Below are positions 51,181 through 64,000 of a DNA stretch of 64,000 nucleotides, in pieces (position 1 is the stretch's first letter; the number at the start of each line of letters is the position of its first letter). The stretch covers positions 106,208,001 to 106,272,000 of the forward strand of contig NC_045697.1 of the NCBI RefSeq assembly GCF_009834535.1. Reading direction: 5' to 3'. A model generated the notes under the pieces. That model worked only from the letters and a program-made list of their open reading frames with translations, did no database searches and was not told the origin of the DNA. A program made the translations under genes and the position numbers. Origin of the DNA: Camelus ferus. Its lineage: Eukaryota.

Positions 51181-51255
51181 ATCTCCATAGCAACCCGCTG
51201 GGACTGACTAAATGTGAGTAGTAAGTTATCCAACAAGTCAAATGGATCTCTCAGG

Positions 51256-51626
51256 TGTTATGGATTTAAGTGTGTCCCCTCCAAATTCATATGTTGAGGT
51301 CTTAAACTCAAATGTGACTCTTTTTAGATGTAGGACCTTTAAAGGTTAAATGAGGTGATAAGGATGGGGCCCTAATCCAGTAAGACTAGCGGCCTTATAA
51401 GAAGAGGGAGAGACATCTGAGACAGGCACACAGAAAAAAGACCATGTAAGGACATAGCAAGAAGGCCAGTGGTCTGCAAGTCAAGGACAGAGGCTTCAAG
51501 AGAAGCCAGCTCTGTCAGCACCGTGATGTTGAACTTCCAGCCTCCAAAGCTGTGAGAAAATAAATTTCTATTGTTCAACCACCCAGCCTGTGGTAGTTGT
51601 CATGGCAGAACTGGCAGACCAATACA
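51256..51626 (+). mobile_element. MaLR solo LTR (MLT1B-like)
   Basis: tgttatgg…ccaataca termini, near-perfect 5-bp TSD (tcagg 51251-51255 / ccagg 51627-51631), and an internal AATAAA. Confidence 0.88.
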
Positions 51627-53594
51627 CCAGGAAATGCCTGTGTCCACATACGATACTGCAGATCAGGTGGACAGGACACTCCACATGCTGTGTCACTACA
51701 CAGCCTTCCCTCCTTATTTAGCCACAACCTCATAAAAAGAAAATGAAAAGCCAAATTGACTGAGATTAAAGTTTGATGGAGGTTTGAAATAAAAATTAAC
51801 TCTTTGTAGAGAAACAGTGAGTTCATGGACTGAGATCTGTACCAGCAACATAAATGCACAGTGTGATCACATTTTTATTATATAAAAAAGAAGACAAATT
51901 GCCAGACACCTTCCCCTCATGTTTATGATGGCCCTAGGAGATCTTTACAAGACCTGGCTACCTATTCTAGTTGACCTCTAGTCAGTAGCCTCATGTCACT
52001 CTGAAACAAAATGGCCAGTATTTTTATTTTCATCTCTTGGTTTTAGTATATATTTTCAAAATGTTTATAATAAGAATGTGCTAAATTTCTCTTTTAGAAG
52101 TTATTTAAAATAAAGCTTTTTAACATGTTATCTCCTATACTTCTGCATTCTTTTACCATCAGAATTTCTTATGCCCTAGTATCCTCTATTATCTACTATC
52201 TTTTATTAATCCTCCTTAATCCCTTTTCTGCATAATCAAAATCTTATTGTTAGAGTGCTTGTTCATATGAAAAAAAAATTTAGGAGAAAATCGTTATATG
52301 CTTCCTATTTAATAACACAAAGCTGTATCTTGAGAAAATAGCAGAAAATCCAGTGTTGTCTGCTTGTGGGGGACAAAGCTGTGCCTTGAGGAGGAGGCGG
52401 CCCAGGATATAGTTACAGTTTGCCACCAATTAGTCAGGGAGCCTGAAATAATTCATATCCTATCTCAGACCATAGTTTCTTCAGATGCATAGACTATTTC
52501 AGGTTTTAAGGTTTTTATCTAGGGCTCCACAGTGAAAATGGACTTGTCTTCATTGTTGAGTTTTCTATTATTTTAGTTGCAGAAAATAAACTAAAAAGTT
52601 CTATTTACATGTTGAGAAAACACTGGAAAACCTTCAAAGTTCAAAAATCTAAGAAGATTTGAGAATAGATAACATAGAACCAAATGTATTATCTTTCTTG
52701 AGATATGCCACTCCATTGCTATTAGTTAGCTTTCTTTGTTGAGATTTAAATAAATATCAAGTAAAGGTTCTCATGTTTACATGGTCTTCAGCCTTTAAGA
52801 TCAGTCTATACAGGCAGTCTGAAGTTGCTTCATTCTCCCAAAGGAAGATTTTCAGACAAAAAATCATGTCCTCAGTCACAATTTCTTTGTTACCATAGTG
52901 ATAAGAAGAAAAAAATGAAAAAACAAAAGCTAAAAATACCTGAACACATACAGTTTTAGAAATTTAACCTACTTGGTATCATACACTGAAAAAGTTAATC
53001 AATTGGATTAAGTATATATACGTTAGATGAAATATTCTACTGGATGAAAAAATGTGTAGGTTGCACATCTGGAGCTATTATCCACAATCAAGGAAGTCAG
53101 TATGAATGAAGATGACTGACAATCAAAAATGTGTAAAATCAGAGTCTCTTAAAAAATGGTATATACCAAAAGCAAGCAGAAAACATTAATTTAGCTCCAT
53201 TTCCCATAAATTTTCTGGTTTCTTTCAACTACTTTAGAATATTTCCATTTTAAATGAAAGCTTCTTATGAACCACTAGAATTTTTTAACTGGATTGAGCA
53301 ACATAATTGGATATATATTTTAAATTATGTTAGAGTGACTTCTTTCTATAAAGGAAAGCTTCTCAATTTTAGGCATTATAATAAAAATAGTATGTTTTTA
53401 AACTAAGTTTTCTTTTGAAAATTCTAGTTTTAATAAGAAATTCAACACAGTGAATTATTTACAGAAAAACCTACTATATTGCACGGCATTATCTAGTATG
53501 TGAAAGATCAATAAATGGCAGTACTTGCTGTCAAGAATATTTTAATCATCCACATAATTATGTTTTTGTAGCACTGAACTTTTAAAGTGTCTCC

Positions 53595-53830
53595 ACATAG
53601 TAAAATGGAAACAGCACTGAACTTGAAGAGACCAAGGATAAAGTTCCAGCTCTCGTAATGAGCTTAAAAAAGTCTCTTTCTAAGCCTCAGTTCTCTCAGC
53701 TGTAAAATGAACATAAATAAGCATATCATCTCCTCTAGCACACAGGTTATTATTATGATAATCAAAAGAGATGATACGGGTGGAAACCAATGGATAACAT
53801 TCAATACAAAAATCTCTATAAAAATAAATC
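53595..53830 (+). mobile_element. MIR SINE
   Basis: 'catagtaaaatggaaacagcactgaacttg…ctaagcctcagttctctcagctgtaaaatg'. Confidence 0.7.
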
Positions 53831-53924
53831 ATTCTATAATTAGGTTCAACATTTAAACATTTTCAAAATAAAAATTATGAAAATCAACTTTCATAATTAT
53901 TTAAGTATACTTAAGAATTTAAAG

Positions 53925-54170
53925 AATAATAACAGCAAACACTTACTGAGCACTTACTATGGGCCAAATATTTTACACAAGTTATTTCATTTAAATCTCA
54001 TAACAGTGCAATGACTTAGACAGTATTACCTTCCTTTTATAGATGAGTGAAATAAGGCATAGCAGAGATAAATATCTTGTCCAAAGACACAGCTACTTAA
54101 GTGAAGGAGCCAGGAATTAAACCCAGGCAAGCTAATTCTAGAGCCATGCTCTAAACCTAAGCCTTTATGA
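53925..54170 (-). mobile_element. MIR SINE
   Basis: 'aataacagcaaacacttactgagcacttactatgggcc…ttttatagatgagtgaaataaggcatag…ggagccaggaattaaacccagg'. Confidence 0.85.
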
Positions 54171-55569
54171 TATATTCCAGAATAATCAGTGGAGGAAAAT
54201 ATTACTATGAACTATTAATTTGAACAAAAAATTATATTTTAAATTAATAACACTAATCAGTATAAGTTTCTGAAATCTCAGGTGATTTCTATTTTGTCAC
54301 ATTCAATTTTTAAAATTTTATTATTATTTATTATAAAGAAAAATAAAGAACTTAAATGTGCAACAGTAAACACTTTGTAGAACACCCTTATGATAGATTA
54401 TTACTAAGTCATAAATAATGTTGTAAAAGATATTTATGCCTTGGAAATTTATGAGTACTGTTAAGCAAAAAAAAAAAAAAGTAGATTTTCAAACTACAGA
54501 AAACCTCAATTTTCATAAAATTGTTACATGCACAGAAAAAAACTGGGAACAATAAACATTAAATATTAATAATTGCTATTTATTAGTAATTTTATATATT
54601 TCTATATTCCCAAATTTTATATAATAAATATTAAATTTTTTTCATCAAAAAAAAGTTGCTTAAACAAACAACCTAGTCATGACCACTGAAGCACAAAGTG
54701 ATTTGAATGCTTTTCTAGTCTGTGAACAAATATTTATCGAGAGTCTAGAAAACCTGTCTAAGTACTAGTGATTTGGCAGTGGCAAAGCAAAGTCCATATA
54801 CAGGCAAAGAATTAGGTCAGTTTACATTAAGAACTAACAAAGGATGAGAACGTCAACCTATAATGAAGCCTCAACCTTGTCACCCTGACATTAATCATAC
54901 CTTCCTATCGGCATGTGGGCCATTTTCCTCTATTAAAAAAAAGTCCTGAAATCTTTTGTTTTGTTTGTTTACCTTTTCTTCTCAATTAAATTGTGGATAC
55001 ATCATCCACCATCTCTAAACACAGCAGCAAGCCACAGCACCAGTGTGGACATAAAAAGAAATGCTGAGAAGAATCTTACTGGGTTAAGGAAAATTCATTG
55101 AGATTTCCCATAACTTTGGTGACAATTTCCACCCACTTAGTAGTTTTTAGAGAAGAGAGAAACGTTGCTCCATTTAATTTATTACATATTCCCATACACT
55201 ACAATATTATCCTTTCACTTATTGTTCAGAAAATAATCAATTTTCAAACTGAATATCTATTGTATTGAAATAATTTATGTTCACACATTTAAACTTAACT
55301 ATGTTCTTCAGTACCAAATCTAACCATTCAGGAGAAATCATTTTAGCATCAGTATTTTAAATATGATGATTTAAAATATATTCAGGCTAAACTTAGTGTA
55401 TGAAAAATACATCAAGAACTTAAAACGTAAAAATCATCTCCGCCACCCCTCTTAAAATAACTTTATTGTATTCACTTCTTTTAACCTGTTCTTTAAGTCT
55501 CTTCTTTCATATATATTAAAATCGGGTTTTAAAAATTTGAAAAAAGGGATTTATAAGACAAGCTTACTG

Positions 55570-55660
55570 AAAGTAAAAGGAAGGAAGGAAAGAACAAGGG
55601 AGGAAAACAGGGAGGAAATAAAGAAGGAAGGCAAAAGCAAAAGAAGAAAAGAAATGAGAA
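55570..55660. repeat. GA-rich low-complexity tract (CT-rich on the IQCM sense strand)
   Basis: aaggaaggaaggaaagaacaagggaggaaaacagggagg…. Confidence 0.75.
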
Positions 55661-55663
55661 AAC

Positions 55664-55669
55664 ACTCGC
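55664..55669 (-). promoter_or_regulatory. Non-canonical GC 5' splice donor (AG|GCGAGT)
   Basis: Plus strand 'actcgc' directly after the coding similarity ends. It matches the donor consensus at -2, -1, +1, +4, +5 and +6 (G at +3), with C at +2. Confidence 0.7.
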
Positions 55670-55804
55670 CTCTGTGGACCAGGTCCCAAACCTCATCAAT
55701 TTGCTGCTGGGTTGGGAAATGGCCACAGTTGTTGAAGAATTTAAGGAGCTCACTTCTTCCTAATCCTCGCCAGTCTTCCCTTTTAGCAAACATTGTTTCA
55801 TAGA
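55670..55804 (-). CDS. IQCM: Internal coding exon (135 bp, phase 1/1) of IQ motif containing M
   Basis: Acceptor 'ttttatcttttttctccttgtag|TC TAT GAA' and open frame (F)YETMFAKREDWRGLGRSELLKFFNNCGHFPTQQQIDEVWDLVHR. This matches my recollection of the mammalian IQCM C-terminal region (FYETMFAKREDW.G..RSELLK.FN.CGHFPTQ.QID). Donor AG|GCGAGT. Identified from memory, no search run. Confidence 0.88.
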
Positions 55805-56899
55805 CTACAAGGAGAAAAAAGATAAAATAAAATATTTTCTTTGTAATACATCAAGTACACACCCCACCTGAAATTGTCATTTCAATTTGGAGAAGATTTA
55901 ACTCCGGTTTTATTTTGATGTCTGGTGGTAAGCCTCACAATGAAAGCAGCACTATCTCAGCCTCCTGGGGAAGGTTAGAAGGAAGTGGGCATGCTCCTCC
56001 CTCCCACATTCCACTGGAGTGAAATTTGGACTTGCTTCCCTAAAGAGAACACTGGCATCCTCCGGCCTGGTTTACATGACAGTTGTCCATAGACTCTGCA
56101 CCCATCAATGCTCCAACCACATCATAAGCCATGGCTTCAGTGTCAGGGTTTCTGGGGGCCTGAGTTCTGTTGACCCATTTCAGCATTCATTTTTTTAGTT
56201 TCCCTAATTTTTTCATCTCTTTTTGACTTCTACTCACATTCTAACTAATTGAATTGGTGATTCCATTTTGGATCACTTATTCTTCTCCTGATTTCGCCCT
56301 TACTATATCTGCATTTTGCTCATTGACTTCATGTATTCCTAGTTCAAGGTCCTTTGCCACTCCTGGCTCAAGGTTTCCCCAGAAAACCATTCAGGTGGGC
56401 CTTCCCTCACCTATCTCCCATACTTGGCATTAAACAGTGGTTAGATAATGACCAAAAGAATTGACATATATGTTTTGAGTGTAGCTATCCATAAACATTT
56501 TTTTCCCAAAAGGTGGTATTTACTCGCCATTCTGAAGTATATGGATAAGCCCCATGAAGCTGATTGTTAATCAGCATTGGCAAAAGGGCAGGGTCTGCCT
56601 CAGTACAGGTTTAGTTCTGAAATATGGGCTCCCAATGACAAAGGGCATCAGAGTGGTTTCAAACAGAAGTTAAAGTATCATCCTGGCAATCAACCAATGG
56701 ACTTCAATTTTCTATCCATTCATTCACTCATTCAGTGGAAGTGGACAGTCATGAGACATCAACAAGTTCAAGAAATACTTAGTGATGGCCTGAATATGAG
56801 TAGCTATTCAAGATTCTGAAACACAGCAGAAAATAAACATAAATTTTTATTTAGCATACCTATGACTTTTTCTCTTTTCAAATAAGCAAATTAGAGCAG

Positions 56900-57275
56900 T
56901 TGCTATTGGTGTCCCCTTCCATATTGCCTTACATTTCTGTGCATGCTGACCTGACTTTCAAGTGCCCGCACCTGCATTTCATTGCCTAAGGGCTCCCTCT
57001 GGCTGCAGGACTCCACTCTGTCCACCAGCACAGCCAGAAGTGCCAGGTAATTAAGGCTCCCAGTGGAGCAGCCCTTAACAACTGACTGGGGAAGCTGGTG
57101 GCTAAAGACCCAGCACTTGAGGCAAGATGGCCACACTACTCCCTACAGGGATAAAGCTCAGGTTGCCCACGTGGTAATCTGCTTTTACCCCCCCATCCCT
57201 TCCCTGTCTCACTTCTCCATTCTACTAACAGTATTTCCTGGGACTAACTCCTAAATAAGATAGTTGTACTCTCCC
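56900..57275 (+). mobile_element. ERVL solo LTR (LTR16-like)
   Basis: 'gagcagcccttaacaactgactgggga…cttccctgtctcacttctccattc…tttcctggga…ctcctaaataa'. Confidence 0.75.
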
Positions 57276-57624
57276 TCACTTTTCAAAGGATTTTTAAGTA
57301 AAAGGAGTCCCAGCAGCTTCCTAATGAAAGAAGGGTTTTCTCTTTCTCTGCCTCTCTCATTTGTTTTCTCTTTCTCCCTTCTTCTTCTAGTCTTTTCATC
57401 TCCCAAACACTTTGCTCCTTCTTCTTTTTCCTCTGGAAATCAGGCTGTTGGACAGGGTGAACTGATTGAGTTCCATGACTTATATAGAATCTCTCTCTCT
57501 CTGACTTCTTCCTTCCTCAAGCACTAGCTACAGAAAAAGAGGCATTCTAACTCAAAGAATTCTGGTTATTTGTATATACTCTGCAACATATTTTAGAATA
57601 ACTAATAAACTTAATAAAAACTGT

Positions 57625-57750
57625 CCTTTCAAAAAATACTTTTGAGCCCTTCTGATAGACCAGGCTTTTGCTAATAGCAGGTGCATATTAATGATCATAA
57701 CAGACACAGTTCTTGACTTCATGGAACGTACAGTCCACTGCAAAGTAAAC
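57625..57750 (-). mobile_element. L2 3' fragment
   Basis: 'ttcaaaaaatacttttgagcccttct…acagacacagttcttgacttcatggaacgtacagtcc'. Confidence 0.6.
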
Positions 57751-57861
57751 ATTTTATAGCTAGCTGAAAGTACCAAAAAATGTAGCACTTTGGTATTACA
57801 AGGCAATAAATGACTGATTTCAATCAAATTAATTTATTTGCATCATTTTGTTGTTGTTGCT

Positions 57862-60800
57862 TTAAAGAAAATTTATGAATAGTTTTAAATTTAAAACGAA
57901 ATTGAGAAGGAGGTACCAGAAATTTCCCATATATCTCCTCACCACACTCAAGCATAGCCACCCCACAACCCCATTATCAGTATCACTCTCCAGGGTAATG
58001 CATTTGCTACCAAGGATAAACCTATATTGACACATCATAATCACTAAAGGCAATAGTTCACCTTACAGTTCACTCTTGGTGTTGTACATTCTATGAGTCT
58101 AGACAAATACATAATAACATTTATCCATCATTGCAGTATTGTATGAAATAGTTTTACTGTCCTAAAACTCCTCTCTGTGCATGCCAATTCATCCTTCCCA
58201 CCCACCTCATCCCACCCCTGGCAATCACTGAATTTTTATTTTCTCCACAGTTTTGCCTTTTCCAGAATGTTAGATAGCTGGAATCATAAAGTATAAAGCC
58301 TTTTCAGATTGGCTTTTTCCACTTAATAATATGCATTTAAGTTTCCTCCATGTCTTTTTATGGCTTCAAAGCTCATTTATTCTTAGAGTTAAATAATATT
58401 TCATTGTCTGGATTTACCACAGTTTATTTATCAATTCATCTATTAAAGGATATTTTGATTGCATTCAAGCCTTGGCAATTAACTAAAAGCTGCTATAGAT
58501 ATCATATGCAGGTTTTGTTTGGGTATAAATCTCATGTGAGTAAATACCAACAAGCATGATTGGTGGATTGTATAGTAAGAGTATGTTTAGTTTTGTAAGA
58601 ATCCACCAAACTGTCTTTCAAAATGGCCATCATTTGGCATTCCCTCAACAATGAATGATAGTTCGTATGGCTCCACATTGTCGCCAGTGTTTGGTGTTGT
58701 TGGTGCTCTGGATTTTGGCCATCCAAATAGGTGTGTAGCGGTATCTCTTTGTTGTTTTAATTTGCATTTCCCTGACAACAAATGACATGGAGCATCATTC
58801 CCTACACTTACTTGTGATCTATCATCTTTGGTGAGTGTCGAGATCTTTGGCCCATATTTTAATCAAGTTGTCTGTTTTCTTACTGTTGAGTGTTAAGAGT
58901 TCCTTGTATATTTTGGATAACAGTCCTTTATCAGATATGTCTTCTGAAAATATTTTCTCTCAGTATGTGGCTTGTCTTCTTATTCTCTTGATATTGTCTT
59001 TCACAGAGCAAAAGCTTTAAAATTTTACTGTAGTCTAGGTTATTAATTATTTCTTTAATGAATCCTGTCTGGTGTTGTATCTAAAAAGGCATCATCTAGG
59101 TTTTCTCCTACGTTACCTTCTAGAAGTTTGATAGTTTTGCGTTTACACTTATTCTGTGATTCATGTTGAGTTAATTTTTGTGAAATGTATAAAGTCTGTG
59201 TTTAAGTTAATTGTTTTACATGTGAATGCCCAACTGTTCTAGCACCATTTGTTAAAAAGACTATCTTTGCCCTATTGCATTGCCTTGGCTCCTTTGTCAA
59301 AGACCGGTTGACTATATTTACAGGGGTCTGTTTCTGAACTCCCTATTTTGTTCCACGACGTATTTGTATATTCTTTTGCCAATACTACACTGTCTTAATA
59401 ATTGTAGCTTTATAGTAAGTCTTGAAGTCAGGTAGCATCAGTACTCCAACTCTGTTGTTCTTTTTCAGTATTGTGTTGGCTATTCTGGTCTTTTGCCTCT
59501 TCATATAAACTTTAGAATCATTTTGTTGATATCCACAAAATAACTTGCTAAATTTTGAATGGGATTGCATTAAATCTATACATCAAGTAGGAAGAACTGA
59601 CATCTTTACAATAATGAGTCTTCCTATCCATCAACACATAATATCTATCCATTTATTTAGTTCTTTGATTTTGCTAATCAAGGTCTCATAATTTTTCACA
59701 TAGAGATCATGTACATATTCTGATACCTTCATACATGAGTATTTTATATTGGGGGGGCTAATGTAAATGTTAGTGTGTTTTTAATTTCAAAGTCCACTTG
59801 TTCATCCTTGGTATATAGGAAATCAATTAACATTTATATATTATCTTTGTATCCTGCAACCTTGATATAAATAGCTTATTATGTCCCAACAGTTTTCTGT
59901 CAATTCTTTCAGATTTTCTACATGGACAATCATGTAATCTGCAAACAAAGATAATTTTATTTCTTCCTTCCCAATCTGTATGCCTTTATTTCCTCTTCTT
60001 CCTTTACTGTGTTAGCAAGAATTTCCAGCATGATGTTGAAAAGGAGTGGTGACAGGATATCCTTGCCTTGTATCTGATCTTAGAGAAAAAGCTTCAGGTT
60101 ACTCACAATTAAGTATGATGCTAGCAGCAGGTTTTTTAAGATAATCTTCCTCGAGTTGTGAAAGTACCTCTCTATTTCTTGTTTACTGAGAGTTTTATTA
60201 TGAACGGGTGTTGGATTTTGTCAATTGCTTTTTCTGCACTTAGTGATATGAACATATGATTTTTCATTTTTAGCCTATTGATGTGATAGCTTATATTAAT
60301 TGATTTTTGAAAACTGAAACAGCCTTGCAAACCTGGGATAAATCCCACTTGGTTATGGCATACAACTCTTTTTATGTTTTTTAGGATTCAATTTGCTACT
60401 ATTTTATAGAGTATTTTTGTTTTGATATTCATGAGAGATACTGGTTTGTAGTTTTCCTATATTGTCTTCACTTAATTTTGGAATTAAGGTAATGATAGCC
60501 ACATAGAATGAGTTAAGAAGTATTCCCTCTGTATCTATACATTGGAAAAAGATGGTAGAAAATTTGTATAATTTCTTCCTTAATGTTTGATAGAATTCAC
60601 CAGTGAACCCATCTGGGCCCGGTGCTTTCTATTTTGGAAGGTTATTAATTTTGGATTCAATTTTATTAATAGATATAGACCGATTCACATTGTCTATTTC
60701 TTCTTGAGAGAGTTTTAGAAGATTCTGTCTTTCAAGGAATTGGTCCATTGTATCTAAGTTAACAAATATGTGAGCATAAAAAGTTGTGCATAGATGTGTT

Positions 60801-63800
60801 TATCATCATTTTAATATCCATAGGATCTTTAGCAATGTCCCCGTTTTCATTTCTGATATTAATAATTTGTGCCCTCTCTCTTTTCTTCTTAGTCAGTTTG
60901 GCTAAGGCTTATCAATTTTATTGATCTTTTCAAAAGACCACATGTTGGACTCATTGATTTTTCTCTATTGATTTCCTGTTTTCAATTTCATCGATTTCTG
61001 CTCTAATTCTTATTCTTTCTTTTCACTTATTTTGGATTAACTTTTTCTTCTTTATCAAGTTTCTTCAAGTGAAAACTTAGATTATTGATTTTAGATCTAT
61101 CTTTCTTCCTTTCTAATATATACATTCAGTGCTATAAATTTCCCTCTAAACACTGCTTTTTCTGCATCCCACAAATTTTGATAAGTTGTATATTCATTTT
61201 CATTTAGTTCAAAATGTTTTCAGTTTCTCTTTAGATGTCTTCTGTGACTCACGTGTTATTTAGAAATCTGTTGTTTAACCCCTATGTATTTTGGCATTTT
61301 CCAGTTATCTTTCTGTTACTGATTTCCTGTTTAACTTCACTGTGGTTTTAGAGTAGACATTGTATGGTGTCCAATATTTTAAATTTGTTAAGGTGTATTT
61401 ATGGCTCAGAGTATGGCCTATCTTGGTAAATGTTGCTTGTGACATTAAGAAAAATATGTATTCTACTGCTGTTGGATAAAGAAATTTAGAGAGGTCAGTT
61501 ATATCCAGTTGACTGATGATACTGTTGAGGTCAACTATGTGTACTACTCTGCTTCCTTGACCTGTCTATTTCTTATAGTGGAGCACTGAAGTCTCCAACT
61601 GTGATAGTGGATTCATCTGTTTCTCCTTGCAGGTCCATCAGTTTTTGCTTCACATAGTTTGATGCTATGTTAGGCACATACACAACTAGAACTGCTAATG
61701 TCTTCTTGGAGAATGACCCCTTTATCATTATGTAATGCACTTCTTCATCCTTGATAATTTTCCTTAATTTGAAGTCTGCTCTGTCTGAAATTAATACAGA
61801 TACTCTTGCTTTCATTTGATTAGTATTAACATGATGCATTTTTCTCCATCCATTTAATTTTAATCTAGGTATGTCTTTATATTTAAAATGGTTTTCATGT
61901 AGACAACATATAATTGGATTGTGTCTTTTGATCTACTCTGACAATGTCTATCTTTTAATTGGTGCCTTTATATCATTTAACATTCAAAGTGATTACTGAT
62001 ACAGCTGGATTCATATCTACAATATCCAATAGTGTTCTTGGTTGTTACCCTTGTTCTTTGTTTTTGTTTTTATCTTCTATTTTTTTTCTGCTTTTTGTAG
62101 TTTTACTTGAGCATTTTATATGATTTAATTTTCACTTATTTCATAGCATATCTATTATAATTTTTTTTTAAATACTTGCCTTAGAGTTCACAGTACATGT
62201 TTACAGCTAATCTAAATCCACTTTCAAATAACACTATCTTACTTCATGGGTAATGCAAATACTTTACAATAACAAAATAATCCTAATTTCTACCTCTCAT
62301 CCCTTGTGTAATTGTTGTCATTACTTCACTTATTTATAAGCATACATATATTAGCATATATAATTATACATAAGCTATATATGTATATTATAATTGAGCA
62401 TATTGTTGGTATTATTTTGAATAAATTGTTATCTGTAAATCACTTAGCAATAAGAAAAATAAATATTTTATTTATTCTTATTTCTTCTCTTATATTTTAT
62501 GTCTTCTGTGCTTTTCTTTACTTCATATAGTCTGAGTTTCTGACCTATATTATTTACTTTAAAATACTCTCTCTAAAAAACTTCCTTTAGCAGTTTTTTG
62601 CAAGGCAGATCTACCGGCAACAAATTGCTTCAATTTCTATTTGTCTGAGAAAGCCTTCACTTTTGAAGGATAATTTTTGCAAGGTACAGAATTACAGGTT
62701 GGTGGTCTGTTTCTCAATACTTTAACTATTTCATGCCATTCTTCATTCCTGTACAGCTTTGGATAAGTCAAATGTAATTCTTATTTTTTTTTTCTCTACG
62801 AGCAAGGTGTTTTTTTCAGAATTTTTTTATCTTTAATTTTCTGTAATTTGATTATATGCCTAGGTGTAGTTTTTTGGAATTTATTCTGCTTGGTGTTCTC
62901 TAGACTTCCTAGATCTTTGCTTTGGTGTCTGATGTTAATTTGGGGGAAATTCTCAGTCATTATTGTTATAAATATTTCTTCTGCTCCTTTCTCTCTTTCT
63001 TCTCCCTCTGGTATTCCCATTATACGTAAGTTACTCCTTCTGTAATTGCCCTACCATCCTTGGACGTTTTGTTCTTTTTTTTCTTTTTTTTTTTTTTAGT
63101 CTTTTCTCTCTTTGATTTTCAGTGTTCAAGAATTCCATTGATATATTTTCTAACTCAGAGAATCTTTCCTCAGCCATGTCCAATCTACTAATAAGCCCAT
63201 CAAAGGCATTCTTCATTTCTGTTACAGTGTTTTTTTATCATTAGCATTTCTTTTTGGTTCTTTCTTAGGGTTTCCATCTCTCTGCGTACATTGTCCATTT
63301 GTTCTTGTATGCTGTCTATTTTATCCACAATTAGCATAGCAATCATAGTTGTTTTAAATCCTCAGTCTGATAATTCCAACATCACTGCCATGTCTGTTCT
63401 GATGTTTGCTTTGTCTTTATAAACTGTGTTTTTGAATACATTGTAATTTTTCCTTGACAGCCAGACATGATATACTAGGTAAAAGGAACTGGTATAAAAA
63501 AGCCTTTAGTAATATGGTGATAAGGTGTTGGGGGAGAGAAAGTGTTCTAAAGCCTTATGATTAAGTCTTAGTCTCTTAGTGAGCTTATGTCTCTGAACTG
63601 TGAACTTCACAAGCATTTTTGGTTTTTTCTCTCCTCTTGGGTGGGAGAAGTTGGTCAGAGTGGACTGGAGTTGAGTTTTTCTCTTTCCCAGGTTCATTAG
63701 GCTCTGATAATACCTAGCAGGTTAAGCTCTGGTTAATCACTTTCTCCTGAAGGCAAGCCTTGTTAAGAATGGAGTGCTCTGGCATATTTCAAAATGGTTC

Positions 63801-64000
63801 ATTTTCTCATATTTATTGTGGGAATCTGGTTGAGCTCCTGGTTGTCAATATCACAGTATTATGGAGGCCCCACTATGACCTGGTCCCCTTTGAATGTTTA
63901 ACTCTCAGAGTTGTCCACATTGAGCCTCCAGCAATTCATCATTTACAGTTCATTTTTCCTACCCCAGGACCGTTCTCCCATCAGTTCCTGCTCCTGAGTC
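57862..64000 (-). mobile_element. Long, decayed L1 (L1MC1-like): 3'UTR, ORF2, ORF1 and 5' region running off the window
   Basis: L1MC-type 3' end ('acacatcataatcactaaagg…ttcactcttggtgttgtacattctatg'). ORF2 remnants in ORFs 59385-59570 (LPDFKTYYKATIIKTV) and 61573-61839 (endonuclease, HYIMIKGS…TITVGDFSAPL). ORF1 remnants in 62796-63020 (GIPEGEEREKGAEEIF…TPRHII) and 63031-63216. Confidence 0.92.

Noticed and set aside
55805..57860. Search for the preceding IQCM exon (recalled as …LEEWMDRKK)
   Set aside because: No matching frame found; it presumably lies beyond the window, past the L1.
1..64000. CRISPR arrays, operons, rRNA, NUMTs, processed pseudogenes, CpG-island promoter
   Set aside because: No regularly spaced repeats, no long non-repeat ORFs, no mitochondrial- or rRNA-like sequence and no CpG island seen by eye.

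Overview
Mammalian, AT-rich (roughly 36-38% GC by eye), repeat-dense intronic DNA. It is most likely from a camelid (alpaca/llama/camel), judged from two Vic-1-type tRNA-derived SINEs and a camelid-type L1 3' end. Only one coding exon is well supported: a 135-bp phase-1/phase-1 minus-strand exon (55670-55804) encoding (F)YETMFAKREDWRGLGRSELLKFFNNCGHFPTQQQIDEVWDLVHR, which I recognise from memory as a late exon of IQCM (IQ motif containing M). The rest of the window is therefore probably IQCM intron, and neither neighbouring exon was found. The exon ends at a non-canonical GC donor (AG|GCGAGT), followed by an open read-through frame and an AATAAA. The introns hold layered transposon fossils: L1 of several ages, HAL1, L2, L3/CR1, MIR, MaLR and ERVL LTRs, two younger ERV1-like solo LTRs, probable Gypsy-class remnants and DNA transposons. 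I found no convincing new multi-gene system. The best leads are the GC donor with a possible intronic polyadenylation isoform, a weak chain of exon-like segments in repeat-free DNA at 3.5-7.1 kb, and an intact antisense LTR promoter. Repeat family names come from recalled consensus sequences, not a search, and repeat boundaries are approximate unless a TSD is given.
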